Below, piece by piece: positions 10,128 through 20,187 of a stretch of 64,000 bases of DNA; positions within the stretch are counted from its first letter, which is position 1; each line of letters starts with the position of its first letter. This DNA comes from Faecalimonas sp. (GTDB lineage Bacteria; Bacillota; Clostridia; Lachnospirales; Lachnospiraceae), in contig JARICA010000021.1 in assembly GCA_029264305.1 (NCBI GenBank), positions 35,866-99,865 on the forward strand. Reading direction: 5' to 3'. Both the position numbers and the translations under genes were made by a program. The notes beneath the pieces were generated by a model, which saw only the letters and a program-made list of their open reading frames with translations, did not search any database and was not told the origin of the DNA.

Positions 10128-11234
10128 ATGAATACAGAATTATTAGAAGCATTAACTATTCTTGAACAGGAGAAAGATATTAGTAAAGAAACATTATTGG
10201 ATGCAATTGAGAACTCATTGATTAATGCTTGCAAAAATCATTTTGGGAAAGCAGATAATATTAAAGTAATTATGAATCGTGAAACTTGTGATTACTCTGT
10301 ATTTGCAGAAAAAACAGTTGTAGAAGAAGTTGAAGATGATGTAATGGAAATTAGTCTTGCAAATGCAAAAATGATTGACAGTAAATTTGAATTAGGGGAT
10401 GTTGTACAGATTCCAGTAGAATCAAAAGAATTTGGGCGTATTGCGACACAAAATGCAAAAAATCTAATTTTACAAAAGATTCGTGAAGAAGAAAGAAAAG
10501 TAGTTTATGATCAGTATTTTGAAAAAGAAAAAGATATTGTGACAGGTATTGTACAGCGTTATGTGGGCAAAAATGTAAGTATCAATTTAGGAAAAGCAGA
10601 TGCAATGCTTACAGAAAATGAACAAGTAAAGGGTGAAGTGTTTAAACCAACAGAAAGAATTAAATTATATGTTGTTGAAGTGAAAAATACAACTAAAGGA
10701 CCTAAGATTTTAGTTTCACGTACACATCCTGAACTAGTAAAACGTTTATTTGAATCAGAAGTTGCCGAAGTAAAGGATGGAACAGTTGAAATTAAGAGCA
10801 TTGCAAGAGAAGCAGGATCTCGTTCTAAAATTGCTGTGTGGTCAAATGATCCTGACGTGGATCCAGTTGGAGCATGTGTTGGTATGAATGGAGCAAGAGT
10901 AAATGCCATTGTAAACGAATTGCGAGGAGAAAAAATTGATATTATTAACTGGAGTGAAAATCCTGCAATTTTAATTGAAAATGCCCTTAGTCCAGCAAAA
11001 GTTATTTCTGTTATGGCAGATCCAGATGAAAAAACAGCAAGTGTAATTGTTCCGGATTATCAGTTGTCATTAGCAATTGGAAAAGAAGGACAGAATGCAC
11101 GTCTTGCAGCACGCTTAACAGGATATAAGATTGATATTAAAAATGAAACACAGGCAATCGAATCGGGAGAACTTCCGAAAGATTATATGAATACACAAGT
11201 AGTAGAAGAAGCAGAAGAAATTGTAGAAGAGTAA
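10128..11234 (+). CDS. nusA: Transcription termination factor NusA
   Basis: FGRIATQNAK, S1 and KH domains, AREAGSRSK, AIGKEGQNARLAARLTG. Confidence 0.97.
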   Translation: MNTELLEALTILEQEKDISKETLLDAIENSLINACKNHFGKADNIKVIMNRETCDYSVFAEKTVVEEVEDDVMEISLANAKMIDSKFELGDVVQIPVESKEFGRIATQNAKNLILQKIREEERKVVYDQYFEKEKDIVTGIVQRYVGKNVSINLGKADAMLTENEQVKGEVFKPTERIKLYVVEVKNTTKGPKILVSRTHPELVKRLFESEVAEVKDGTVEIKSIAREAGSRSKIAVWSNDPDVDPVGACVGMNGARVNAIVNELRGEKIDIINWSENPAILIENALSPAKVISVMADPDEKTASVIVPDYQLSLAIGKEGQNARLAARLTGYKIDIKNETQAIESGELPKDYMNTQVVEEAEEIVEE

Positions 11235-11250
11235 AATAGGAAGTGAGTAT

Positions 11251-11529
11251 TTGAGTGGTGTAAAGAAAATACCTATGCGAAAGTGTGTAGGGTGCGGAGA
11301 GATGAAGAGCAAAAAAGAAATGATTCGTGTTTTGAAAACTTCAGAAAATGAATTTTTATTAGATGTAACTGGAAAGAAGAACGGTAGAGGGGCTTATTTA
11401 TGCCAATCAAAAGAATGTTTGGAAAAAGCAGTTAAGAATAAAGGTTTGGAACGTTCTTTTAAACAGGCTATTCCAAAGGAAGTTTACGCGATTTTGGAAA
11501 AGGAGATGGAAACACTTGAAACAAAGTAA
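11251..11529 (+). CDS. ylxR: YlxR/RnpM RNA-binding protein
   Basis: PMRKCVGC, GKKNGRGAYLC; position after nusA. Confidence 0.9.
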   Translation: MSGVKKIPMRKCVGCGEMKSKKEMIRVLKTSENEFLLDVTGKKNGRGAYLCQSKECLEKAVKNKGLERSFKQAIPKEVYAILEKEMETLETK

Positions 11530-11839
11530 AGTATTATCTATTATCGGTTTAGCCACAAGAGCGGGAAGAACAGTAAGCGGGGAATTTGCGACTGAAAAGG
11601 AGACGAAGTCAGGAAAAGCATGCCTGGTCATTGTTGCAAATGATGCGTCTGACAATACAAAGAAGAAATTTGAAAATATGTGTGATTTTTATGAAGTCCC
11701 AATTTGTTTTTACGGGAATAAGGATACCTTAGGGCATGCAATGGGAAAAGAATTTCGCGCATCACTGGCAGTGTTAGACAGTGGTTTTGCAAAGGAAATC
11801 ATGAAGTATTTGGAAGCTGAAAAGAATATAATTGCATAG
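11516..11839 (+). CDS. ylxQ: L7Ae/L30e family RNA-binding protein YlxQ
   Basis: [29 protein letters not shown]. Confidence 0.88.
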   Translation: MKQSKVLSIIGLATRAGRTVSGEFATEKETKSGKACLVIVANDASDNTKKKFENMCDFYEVPICFYGNKDTLGHAMGKEFRASLAVLDSGFAKEIMKYLEAEKNIIA

Positions 11840-11855
11840 AGGAGGTAGCGAAAAC

Positions 11856-14366
11856 ATGTCTAAATCAAGAGTATATGAATTAGCAAAAGAGTTAAATAAA
11901 TCAAATAAAGAATTACTTGACTTTTTAAAGTCAAAAGATATTGAGGTTAAAAATCATATGAGTTCTTTATCAGATGAACAGGTTCAGATGGTAAAAGGCG
12001 CAATGACAGATAATGTCGCAAAATCTGATGGAGAAGATGCGCAAAAGAAAAAGAATATTGTGCAAGTGTTTAGACCTCAGAATGGTAAACAGAACAGTAG
12101 ACAAAAACAGAACAATCATAAACAAAATCAAAATAATAATAATCAAGGTAATACAAAGCAAATGAATAACGGTCAAAATAATACAAGACAAAATAATAAC
12201 CAAGGAAAAAGACAGAATAATAATCAAGGTGGAAGATACCAAAATAATAACCAAAATGGTGAACGAAAAAACAATAATCAAGACGGAAGAAGAAATAATA
12301 ATCAAAGCGGAAGACAAAATAATAATCAAAATGGGCGCTCAAACTTTAATAATTCGCAGCGAAGAGACGATCGAAGAGATGATAGACGCGATGATAACAG
12401 AAGAAATGATAAACGTACACCATCTATTCCAGCACCTGTACTTCCAGAACAAAAACCACAGCGTCAGAAAGCAAAAGATAAAGATGCCTATAAGAAGAAA
12501 GATTATCGTCAAGATGACAGGGAAGAAAGAAAAGTAAAACAGACAAAAAAAGGAAAACCAGCACCACAACCACAGAAACCACAGCCAAAAGTAGAAGAAA
12601 AAGTGGAAGAAAAAATTACAATGATTACAATCCCAGAAGTACTTACGATTAAAGAATTGGCTGATAAAATGAAAATTCAGCCTTCTGCAATTGTTAAGAA
12701 ATTATTTATGCAAGGGAAAATTGTAACAGTAAATCAGGAAGTGGATTTTGAAACGGCAGAAGAAATTGCAATGGAATTTGAAGTCCTTTGTGAAAAAGAA
12801 GAAGTCGTAGATGTTATTGAGGAATTATTAAAAGAAGATGAAGAAGATGAAACAAAAATGGAAAAACGTCCTCCAGTTGTATGTGTTATGGGACACGTTG
12901 ACCATGGAAAGACTTCTCTTCTTGATGCGATCCGTAATACAAATGTAATTGATCGAGAAGCTGGTGGAATTACACAGCATATTGGTGCATATGTTGCAAA
13001 TGTAAATGGGGAAAGAATTACATTCTTAGATACTCCTGGACATGAAGCGTTTACAGCAATGCGTCTTAGAGGTGCTCAATCAACAGATATCGCAATATTA
13101 GTTGTAGCGGCAGATGACGGTGTGATGCCACAAACAGTTGAAGCGATTAGTCATGCGAAAGCTGCTGGAATTGAAATTATTGTAGCTGTAAATAAAATTG
13201 ATAAACCAAGCGCTAATATTGAAAGAGTTAAGCAGGAATTAACAGAATATGAATTGATCGCAGAAGATTGGGGTGGAAGTACAATTTTTGTTCCAGTATC
13301 TGCTAAAACAGGAGAAGGTCTTGAAGATTTAATGGAAATGATTCTTTTAACAGCAGAAGTGTTAGAGTTAAAAGCAAATCCGAATAGACAAGCAAGAGGT
13401 CTTGTTATTGAGGCTGAATTAGATAAAGGAAAAGGTTCTGTTGCTACTGTTCTTGTACAGAAAGGTACATTACATGTTGGGGATGCGATTGCAGCAGGTT
13501 CAGCACATGGTCGTGTCAGAGCAATGATTGATGATAAAGGAAGACGTGTAAAAGAAGCAGGTCCATCTACACCAGTAGAAATTTTAGGGTTAAATGATGT
13601 TCCAAATGCCGGAGAAGTATTTGTTGGATGTGCAAATGATAAAGAAGCACGTAACTTTGCAGAAACATTTATTTCTCAAGGAAGAGTAAAAATGCTTGAG
13701 GAAACAAAATCAAAAATGTCATTAGATGATTTGTTTACACAGATTCAGGCGGGCAATTTAAAAGAACTTGGAATTATCGTTAAAGCAGATGTACAAGGAT
13801 CTGTAGAGGCTGTAAAACAAAGTCTTGTAAAACTTTCAAACGATGAAGTTGTCATTAAAATCATTCATGGTGGTGTAGGTGCGATTAATGAATCAGATGT
13901 TACTTTAGCATCGGCATCCAATGCGATTATCATAGGATTTAATGTTCGACCTGATGCAACTGCAAAAGAAATTGCGGAACGAGAAGGAGTAGACTTAAGA
14001 TTGTATCGTGTAATCTACAATGCTATTGAAGATGTAGAAGCGGCAATGAAAGGTATGTTAGATCCTGTATTCGAAGAAAAAGTACTTGGCCATGCAGAAG
14101 TTCGTCAGACATTTAAGGCTTCAGGTGTGGGTACAATTGCAGGTTCCTATGTACTTGATGGTATATTTGAAAGAAATTGTTCAGCTAGGGTTGTTCGTGA
14201 TGGCGTAGTTATTTTTGATGGTGCTTTAGCATCTTTAAAGAGATTCAAAGATGATGTAAAAGAAGTAAAAGCAGGATATGAATGTGGATTTGTATTTGAG
14301 AAATTTAATGATGTAAAAGAAGGCGATCAAGTAGAAGCGTACAAAATGGTTGAAATTCCAAGATAA
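11856..14366 (+). CDS. infB: Translation initiation factor IF-2
   Basis: [24 protein letters not shown]; ATG 11856 after GGAGGT. Confidence 0.98.
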   Translation: MSKSRVYELAKELNKSNKELLDFLKSKDIEVKNHMSSLSDEQVQMVKGAMTDNVAKSDGEDAQKKKNIVQVFRPQNGKQNSRQKQNNHKQNQNNNNQGNTKQMNNGQNNTRQNNNQGKRQNNNQGGRYQNNNQNGERKNNNQDGRRNNNQSGRQNNNQNGRSNFNNSQRRDDRRDDRRDDNRRNDKRTPSIPAPVLPEQKPQRQKAKDKDAYKKKDYRQDDREERKVKQTKKGKPAPQPQKPQPKVEEKVEEKITMITIPEVLTIKELADKMKIQPSAIVKKLFMQGKIVTVNQEVDFETAEEIAMEFEVLCEKEEVVDVIEELLKEDEEDETKMEKRPPVVCVMGHVDHGKTSLLDAIRNTNVIDREAGGITQHIGAYVANVNGERITFLDTPGHEAFTAMRLRGAQSTDIAILVVAADDGVMPQTVEAISHAKAAGIEIIVAVNKIDKPSANIERVKQELTEYELIAEDWGGSTIFVPVSAKTGEGLEDLMEMILLTAEVLELKANPNRQARGLVIEAELDKGKGSVATVLVQKGTLHVGDAIAAGSAHGRVRAMIDDKGRRVKEAGPSTPVEILGLNDVPNAGEVFVGCANDKEARNFAETFISQGRVKMLEETKSKMSLDDLFTQIQAGNLKELGIIVKADVQGSVEAVKQSLVKLSNDEVVIKIIHGGVGAINESDVTLASASNAIIIGFNVRPDATAKEIAEREGVDLRLYRVIYNAIEDVEAAMKGMLDPVFEEKVLGHAEVRQTFKASGVGTIAGSYVLDGIFERNCSARVVRDGVVIFDGALASLKRFKDDVKEVKAGYECGFVFEKFNDVKEGDQVEAYKMVEIPR
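12132..12338 (+). repeat. Imperfect tandem coding repeat (NNNQxG[R/K]) in IF-2 N-terminal linker
   Basis: Seven NNNQ units (aat aat aat/aac caa), followed by [12 protein letters not shown]. Confidence 0.85.
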
Positions 14367-14390
14367 TTCTTGAAGATTGGAGGAGTAAAA

Positions 14391-14762
14391 TTGAGAAAAA
14401 ATAGTATTAAAAATACAAGAGTCAATATGGAAGTGCAAAGAGAATTAAGCAATATTGTAAGAGGAGGAATAAAAGATCCTCGAGTTGCACCAATGACTTC
14501 AGTTGTTGCAGTAGAAGTTGCTCCCGATTTAAAAACATGCAAAGCATATATTAGTGTATTTGGTGATGAAAAAGCACAGGAAGATACATTAAAAGGATTA
14601 CAAAGTGCTGAAGGATATATTAGAAGGGAATTGGCCCATAATTTGAATATGAGAAATACACCTGAAATTAAATTTGTATTAGATCAATCGATCGCTTATG
14701 GTGTAGCGATGTCGAAAAAAATTGATGATGTGACAAAAGATATAAAAGAAGAAGGTGAATAG
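14391..14762 (+). CDS. rbfA: Ribosome-binding factor A
   Basis: IKDPRV, DLKTCKAY, MRNTPEIKFVLD; TTG start after GGAGGAG. Confidence 0.95.
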   Translation: MRKNSIKNTRVNMEVQRELSNIVRGGIKDPRVAPMTSVVAVEVAPDLKTCKAYISVFGDEKAQEDTLKGLQSAEGYIRRELAHNLNMRNTPEIKFVLDQSIAYGVAMSKKIDDVTKDIKEEGE

Positions 14763-15711
14763 AGTGTTGCAGAAAACTTTAGCAAAAGCAAAGTCTGTGG
14801 CAATAGGAGGACATATGAGACCCGATGGAGATTGTGTTGGGTCTTGTATGGCAATGTATCAATATATATGTACATGGTATCCGGAAATACGGGTAGATGT
14901 TTACTTAGAAGAAATACCAAACAGTTTTCGATTTATTGAGGCGACTCAAAAAATTTCTCATGAAATTAAAGATACAACATATGATTTATTTATTTCACTT
15001 GATTGTGGTGATGAAGGACGTTTGGGATTTTCGGCTCCATTATTTAAAAATGCAAGAGAAACATTTTGTGTAGATCATCATGTGAGTAATTCTTCTTTTG
15101 GAAAAAATAATTATATTAAGCCGGACGCTAGTTCTACTTGCGAATTAGTATTTGAACTTATGGAAGAAGAAAAAATTACAAAGCAAATTGCGGAGTGTTT
15201 ATATTTAGGAATTGTGCATGATACAGGTGTATTTCAGTATTCGTGCACATCTCCAGAGACAATGATAGTAGCGTCAAAATTAATGGCAAAAGGAATTGAT
15301 TATTCAAAAATTATTCATGACACATATTATGAAAAAACATATGTGCAGAATCAAATTTTAGGAAGAGCTCTTCTTGAAAGTGTTTTATTTATGGAGAGAA
15401 AGTGTATTGTGTCAGTGATTGATAAAAAAATCATGGATTTTTATGGTGCTACTTCAAAAGACTTAGAAGGAATTGTAAGCCAGCTAAGATTGACAAGTGG
15501 AGTAAATGTTGCTGTATTCTTGTATGAGTTGCAACCACATGAATTTAAAATCAGCCTTCGGTCGGACGATACTGTTGATGTAAGCAAAGTGGCAGGATAT
15601 TTTGGTGGCGGAGGACATAGAAAGGCAGCAGGTCTTACTTTAAGAGGAACAGCCCATGATGTAATTAACAATATTGCAAAGCAGATAGAATTACAATTGC
15701 AGAAAAAATAG
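14755..15711 (+). CDS. nrnA: DHH/DHHA1 phosphoesterase (NrnA-like oligoribonuclease/pAp phosphatase)
   Basis: HMRPDGDCVGS, DHH, DTG, GGGGHRKAAG. Confidence 0.85.
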   Translation: MNRVLQKTLAKAKSVAIGGHMRPDGDCVGSCMAMYQYICTWYPEIRVDVYLEEIPNSFRFIEATQKISHEIKDTTYDLFISLDCGDEGRLGFSAPLFKNARETFCVDHHVSNSSFGKNNYIKPDASSTCELVFELMEEEKITKQIAECLYLGIVHDTGVFQYSCTSPETMIVASKLMAKGIDYSKIIHDTYYEKTYVQNQILGRALLESVLFMERKCIVSVIDKKIMDFYGATSKDLEGIVSQLRLTSGVNVAVFLYELQPHEFKISLRSDDTVDVSKVAGYFGGGGHRKAAGLTLRGTAHDVINNIAKQIELQLQKK

Positions 15712-15721
15712 GAGCATAAAT

Positions 15722-16633
15722 ATGATACATGGTGTTTTAAATGTATATAAAGAAAAAGGCTATACGTCTCATGATGTTGTTGCAAAGTTAAGAGGAATTG
15801 TGGGACAGAAAAAAATAGGTCATACAGGAACACTTGATCCAGACGCAACGGGTGTTCTTCCAGTATGCCTAGGGAAAGCGACAAAACTTTGCGATATGTT
15901 AACAGACAAAAATAAAACATATGAAACAGTATTATTGTTGGGACAAGTAACGGATACTCAAGACATAAGCGGAAGTGTACTTGAAAGAAAAAATACAGAC
16001 TATTTAATGGAAGAACAAGTAAGAGAAGTTATTGAGAAATTTGTTGGAGTATATGAGCAAATTCCACCGATGTATTCAGCACTAAAAGTGAATGGAAAAA
16101 AATTGTATGAGCTTGCGAGACAAGGAATAGAAATAGAAAGAAAAGCAAGACAAGTACAGATCTATAAAATACATATAAAGGAAATAGATTTGCCAAGAGT
16201 AAAAATGGAAGTTACTTGTTCTAAAGGGACTTATATAAGAACATTGTGCCATGATATAGGGCAGAAACTGCAATGTGGAGGTTGCATGGAAAATTTGATT
16301 CGAACAAGAGTTAGTTCTTTTCGTATAGAGGATAGTTTTTCTTTAGGACAGATTGCACAGTTTCAAGATGAAAATAGGTTAAAAGAAATTCTTGTTCCGA
16401 TAGATAAGATGTTTTTGCAGTACAAGAAAATAGTCGTTCAAGGGAAAGCTGCTTCGCTTGTGTATAATGGCAATCCGTTTTTTAGAAGACAGGTGGAAAC
16501 AATCGAGGAATTGTCAGAAGGGGAACTCGTAAGAGTGTATGATGATCAAGATAAATTTATCGCAATTTTTGTTTATAATGAAGAAAAAGAAATGTTTAAA
16601 CTTGTTAAAATGTTTTTTGATAAAGGTGAATAG
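15722..16633 (+). CDS. truB: tRNA pseudouridine(55) synthase
   Basis: GHTGTLDPDATGVL, QIPPMYSALK, CSKGTYIRTL. Confidence 0.96.
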   Translation: MIHGVLNVYKEKGYTSHDVVAKLRGIVGQKKIGHTGTLDPDATGVLPVCLGKATKLCDMLTDKNKTYETVLLLGQVTDTQDISGSVLERKNTDYLMEEQVREVIEKFVGVYEQIPPMYSALKVNGKKLYELARQGIEIERKARQVQIYKIHIKEIDLPRVKMEVTCSKGTYIRTLCHDIGQKLQCGGCMENLIRTRVSSFRIEDSFSLGQIAQFQDENRLKEILVPIDKMFLQYKKIVVQGKAASLVYNGNPFFRRQVETIEELSEGELVRVYDDQDKFIAIFVYNEEKEMFKLVKMFFDKGE

Positions 16634-16635
16634 AT

Positions 16636-17553
16636 ATGCAGTATATAAGAGGGATAGAAAATTATACTTGTACAAATCCTACTGCGATTACATTAGGAAA
16701 ATTTGATGGTTTGCATAAAGGGCATCAGAAGTTGATTGAACAAGTGGAGAAATATGCAGATGAACAAATAAAAAGCGTTGTTTTTTCATTTGATATGCTT
16801 CCTTTTTTTGAGGAGATGGGGAAGCAAAAACATATACTAATGACGAAAAAAGAAAAATGTTTGCATTTGGAAAATAGAGTAGATTATTTGGTTGAATGTC
16901 CCTTTGTGGAACAAATTTATACAATGGAAGCAGAAACGTTTATCGAGGAAATATTAATAAGAAAATTTCATGCAAAGTATGTAGTTGTAGGTACGGATTT
17001 TCGCTTTGGATATCAAAAGAAGGGCGATATTAATTTATTAGAAAAATATCAACAGAAGTATGGATATAAGCTTATTGTAATAGAAAAAGAAAAGTATGCA
17101 GGACGAGAAATAAGTAGTACTTTTATTAAAGAAGAGGTTCGAAAAGGACATATGGAAAGGGTTCAAGAACTTTTAGGGTATCCGTACACAATAGACGGGA
17201 TAGTTGAATTTGGGGAACAATTAGGAAGAAAGATAGGTTTTCCGACAATGAATATCATTCCTGTTAAAGAAAAACTTCTTGTTCCAAATGGGGTATATGC
17301 AAGTAGCGTGATTTTAGAAGGAAAAAAATATAAAGGGATAAGCAATGTTGGATGTAAACCGACAGTTTCGGATAAAGGCGTGAACTTGGTAGAAACATTT
17401 TTGTTTGATTATACTGGAAATGCATATGGAAAAGAAATTCAAGTTGAATTATATAAATTTATCCGTAGAGAAAAGGTCTTTCCTTCAGTAGCGGAATTAA
17501 AAGAGCAGATGTGTTTAGATATTCAAGAAGCAGAAGTAATCTTAAAAAAATAG
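16636..17553 (+). CDS. ribF: Bifunctional riboflavin kinase/FAD synthetase
   Basis: GKFDGLHKGH, ISSTFIK, GRKIGFPTMN, ETFL. Confidence 0.94.
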   Translation: MQYIRGIENYTCTNPTAITLGKFDGLHKGHQKLIEQVEKYADEQIKSVVFSFDMLPFFEEMGKQKHILMTKKEKCLHLENRVDYLVECPFVEQIYTMEAETFIEEILIRKFHAKYVVVGTDFRFGYQKKGDINLLEKYQQKYGYKLIVIEKEKYAGREISSTFIKEEVRKGHMERVQELLGYPYTIDGIVEFGEQLGRKIGFPTMNIIPVKEKLLVPNGVYASSVILEGKKYKGISNVGCKPTVSDKGVNLVETFLFDYTGNAYGKEIQVELYKFIRREKVFPSVAELKEQMCLDIQEAEVILKK

Positions 17554-17582
17554 TTTACATATAGAAATAAATATGTTATACT
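17554..17582 (+). promoter_or_regulatory. sigmaA promoter of rpsO
   Basis: TTTACA-17 bp-TATACT with TG extension. Confidence 0.6.
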
Positions 17583-17599
17583 AATCAAGTATGAAATAA

Positions 17600-17646
17600 G
17601 CCGATGTTCAGTAAATGGAAACTCCAACCTTTACTTAATATTAGGC
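17600..17646 (+). ncRNA. Putative S15-binding rpsO leader
   Basis: Nested pairings GCC/GGC, GATGTT/AATATT, AGTAAA/TTTACT, TGG/CCA in the rpsO 5' UTR; r-protein leaders are known at this position in Firmicutes. Confidence 0.5.
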
Positions 17647-17678
17647 GTTAAATTAGAAAAATAGGAGGAATTAAGTCA

Positions 17679-17945
17679 ATGATAGCAAAAGACAAAAAAC
17701 AAGCAATCATCGCTGAATATGGCAGAACAGAAGGAGATACAGGTTCACCAGAAGTTCAGGTAGCTATTTTAACAGCAAGAATTAACGAATTAACAGAACA
17801 CTTCAAAGTGAATCCAAAAGATCACCACTCAAGAAGAGGACTTCTTAAAATGGTAGGTCAGAGAAGAGGATTACTTGCTTATTTAAAGAAAACAGATATT
17901 GAAAGATATCGTTCTTTAATTGAAAGATTAGGATTAAGAAAATAA
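17679..17945 (+). CDS. rpsO: 30S ribosomal protein S15
   Basis: [32 protein letters not shown]. Confidence 0.98.
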   Translation: MIAKDKKQAIIAEYGRTEGDTGSPEVQVAILTARINELTEHFKVNPKDHHSRRGLLKMVGQRRGLLAYLKKTDIERYRSLIERLGLRK

Positions 17946-17996
17946 TCTAAACCAAATTATTGGAAAACATATAGACACACAACACAACAAATCATG

Positions 17997-18188
17997 ACCA
18001 CCCGTCCAACGGGTGGTTTGTTCTAGGGCTATAAGCCCTTGTTACTAGGTCAGCGTCGCAAGGCGCTGGCTTTTTCTTTCGGCTATGGGGATTCTGTTTA
18101 CACAGCCTTCCCACACCTCCGTTCAAGCTATATTGCTCTTGGCTCGTTGCTACTCCTTAAGGGGTAGTGTTACTACTGGGCATTCCCC
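17997..18188 (-). mobile_element. IS200-family right end with multiple hairpins
   Basis: ACCACCCG-tccaa-CGGGTGGT, AGGGCT-ata-AGCCCT, CAGCGTC-gcaa-GGCGCTG and TACTCC-ttaa-GGGGTA, directly 3' of tnpA. Confidence 0.75.
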
Positions 18189-18539
18189 CTAAAAAGGGTC
18201 TTCATATTTTTTTGCACTTAATTTATCCATTGCAATATCATGCTTTTCCTGTTTTTTGAATATATTTTTTATTGTTGCCTCATTTAATCCGACTGTACTA
18301 ACATAATATCCCTCCGTTATCTTCAGCGGAATACTTACTAACATATGAATATGATTTGGCATTAGATGGTCTTCAATTATTTCAACACCTTTATTATAAC
18401 TACATAATTGTTTTATAATATCTCTGATGTTCACTTTATATTGATTGTAAATTACTTTTCGTCTATATTTTGGTGTGAAGATGATATGATATTTGCACAT
18501 CCATTTTGTATGTGCGAGTGAATATTCTTTCTTCGACAT
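18189..18539 (-). pseudogene. tnpA: IS200/IS605 Y1 transposase TnpA, internally deleted
   Basis: CKYHIIFTPKYRRK, HIH (HUH motif), EGYYVSTVG. About 34 aa (SVSSFMGYLKGKS...FW) are missing, and the YIxxQ catalytic Tyr reads NIFKKQ after a compensated frameshift. Confidence 0.9.
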
Positions 18540-18662
18540 AAATTACCTTTCCTTTTTTGTCAGATGCTCTACAAACTATCATAAACATTCAATCCCCAAA
18601 TTTCTCCACAGCTTCACCAATACTCACTATGCTTCACTTTCTCTCATATATTCTTTACGAAT

Positions 18663-18869
18663 TTATTTGATCTCGCAAAGGATAAATCATACACCCTCGT
18701 CTGTGTGATTATTAAGCCACTCAATTGCTGCCCTGTGTTCCTGTCTAGCTTTTCTTACCAGCCATATGACCAAGTCAGCATCTTTACCAGATGTATATGT
18801 AATCAACTTTCCTAAATGATCATGATCAGTTTCTTTAAGCTGATTTTCTATAATAATTCTTCTGCCACC
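18663..18869 (-). pseudogene. Fragment of a NucS-like PD-(D/E)xK nuclease domain (DUF4268-associated type)
   Basis: Manual translation GGRRIIIENQLKETDHDHLGKLITYTSGKDADLVIWLVRKARQEHRAAIEWLNNHTDEGV*FILCEIK*. No start codon, in-frame TGA at 18687-18689. Not in the ORF track. Confidence 0.65.
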
Positions 18870-19021
18870 ATACTATATTCTGTTTTGTTTTCATATGGCA
18901 CATTTCTATGTTCTACAAAAGAAACTACATTGTCCTTATTGTTCTCGTTAATTTTTCTATGTAATAAATAAAATTTTTATTTTATTGTTATAATATTATA
19001 ATTTAGAAACGGAAAAATACA

Positions 19022-19050
19022 TTGCTTTATACCCATTAAGATTATATAAT
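19022..19050 (+). promoter_or_regulatory. sigmaA promoter of the NfeD-like gene
   Basis: TTGCTT-17 bp-TATAAT. Confidence 0.55.
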
Positions 19051-19178
19051 GATATTATAAAAAGTTTAATAAATCATTAAAAAGTACACATTTGTTAGTC
19101 TTAGCGAAAGAAAGATAATTAAGCGATCAATTAAAACAAGAAAGGCTCTTAAAAAATAGTTTGAATGGAGGAAATGTT

Positions 19179-19724
19179 ATGAAAGATCAAAAGTTGTGGA
19201 AAGAAAGAAAAAAGGATATCTATATCCTCATTGGTATGGTGATTTGTTCTGGAATTTTGGCATATTTTTTCCGAGATTTATTTTCAAAACGGTTTGAAGC
19301 ACCTTTTGTATGGATATGGTGTCTAGTTATGTTAGAACCTATTTTTGTTGCTTATTCGGAAAGCAGAGACAATGATGAATTTGTGACAGGAAAGACACAG
19401 ACTCTTGGAGTAGTCAATAGCTTTACTACAGCCACTGTTGTGCTTGCTATTATGGCGAAGTGGTTTATAAGTTGGCTGATTATCTCAGTTGTAGTTGCAA
19501 TCTGTATGTTTGCGGCAAGAGAACTGGGACGAAAAAAGCGTAGAAAATTACAAGAAAATTATTTGATGAAGAAAGGCGTACTCCTCACAGACCTACATAA
19601 TTATGGAATAGCATCCATCAACGGGAGAAGTGTCAAAGTGTGTTCTAAGAAGGAGTTGCAGGAAGGAACAGAGATAGTTATATCAGAGGTCAAAGGGAAA
19701 TATTTATATGTAGAAGAAGTATAA
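19179..19724 (+). CDS. Membrane protein with C-terminal NfeD-like OB-fold
   Basis: 3-4 hydrophobic segments, then GIASINGRSVKVCSKKELQEGTEIVISEVKGKYLYVEEV; ATG after GGAGGA. Confidence 0.6.
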   Translation: MKDQKLWKERKKDIYILIGMVICSGILAYFFRDLFSKRFEAPFVWIWCLVMLEPIFVAYSESRDNDEFVTGKTQTLGVVNSFTTATVVLAIMAKWFISWLIISVVVAICMFAARELGRKKRRKLQENYLMKKGVLLTDLHNYGIASINGRSVKVCSKKELQEGTEIVISEVKGKYLYVEEV

Positions 19725-19809
19725 GTGTTTGGAAAATCTTAATAAAAACCTAAAAACTAGAAAGAAAAGAACAAAAATAATAGGTTCTAGTTCTAGTGAG
19801 GGGCGCTCG

Positions 19810-20079
19810 AATCATAAGTGCACTCTTACCTTTTAGATATCCCATAAATGAAGATACGCTTATCTTCGGCGGAATACTTACTAACATATGAATATGATTT
19901 GGCATCAGATGGTCTTCAATTATTTCAACATCTTTATAACTACATAATTGTTTTATAATATCTCTGATGTCCACTTTATATTGATTATAAATTACTTTTC
20001 GTCTATACTTTGGTGTGAAGACGATATGATATTTGCACATCCATTTTGTATGTGCAAGTGAATATTCTTTCTTCGACAT
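19810..20079 (-). pseudogene. tnpA: IS200 TnpA, 3'-truncated second copy
   Basis: Homology stops after YLKGKSALMI and the ORF reads into unrelated sequence to 19750. About 235 bp are nearly identical to 18318-18555. Confidence 0.9.
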
Positions 20080-20165
20080 AAATTACCTTTCCTTTCTACA
20101 ATATAGCCTGAACAACTTTATTGTACACGGAAAGGTGATTTTTTTGTATAACACAATAGCGGGCG
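20080..20165 (-). mobile_element. Degraded IS200 left-end region
   Basis: Upstream of tnpA copy 2; the sequence tagcctgaac...gtataac...atagcggg resembles clostridial IS200 left ends from recall, but the subterminal hairpin looks incomplete. Confidence 0.4.
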
Positions 20166-20187
20166 AAACAGACTCAAGTTCATATTT

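Noticed and set aside
12132-12338. Repeat as a possible CRISPR-like array
   Set aside because: Units are degenerate, codon-phased and inside infB; no constant repeat/unique spacer structure and no cas genes.
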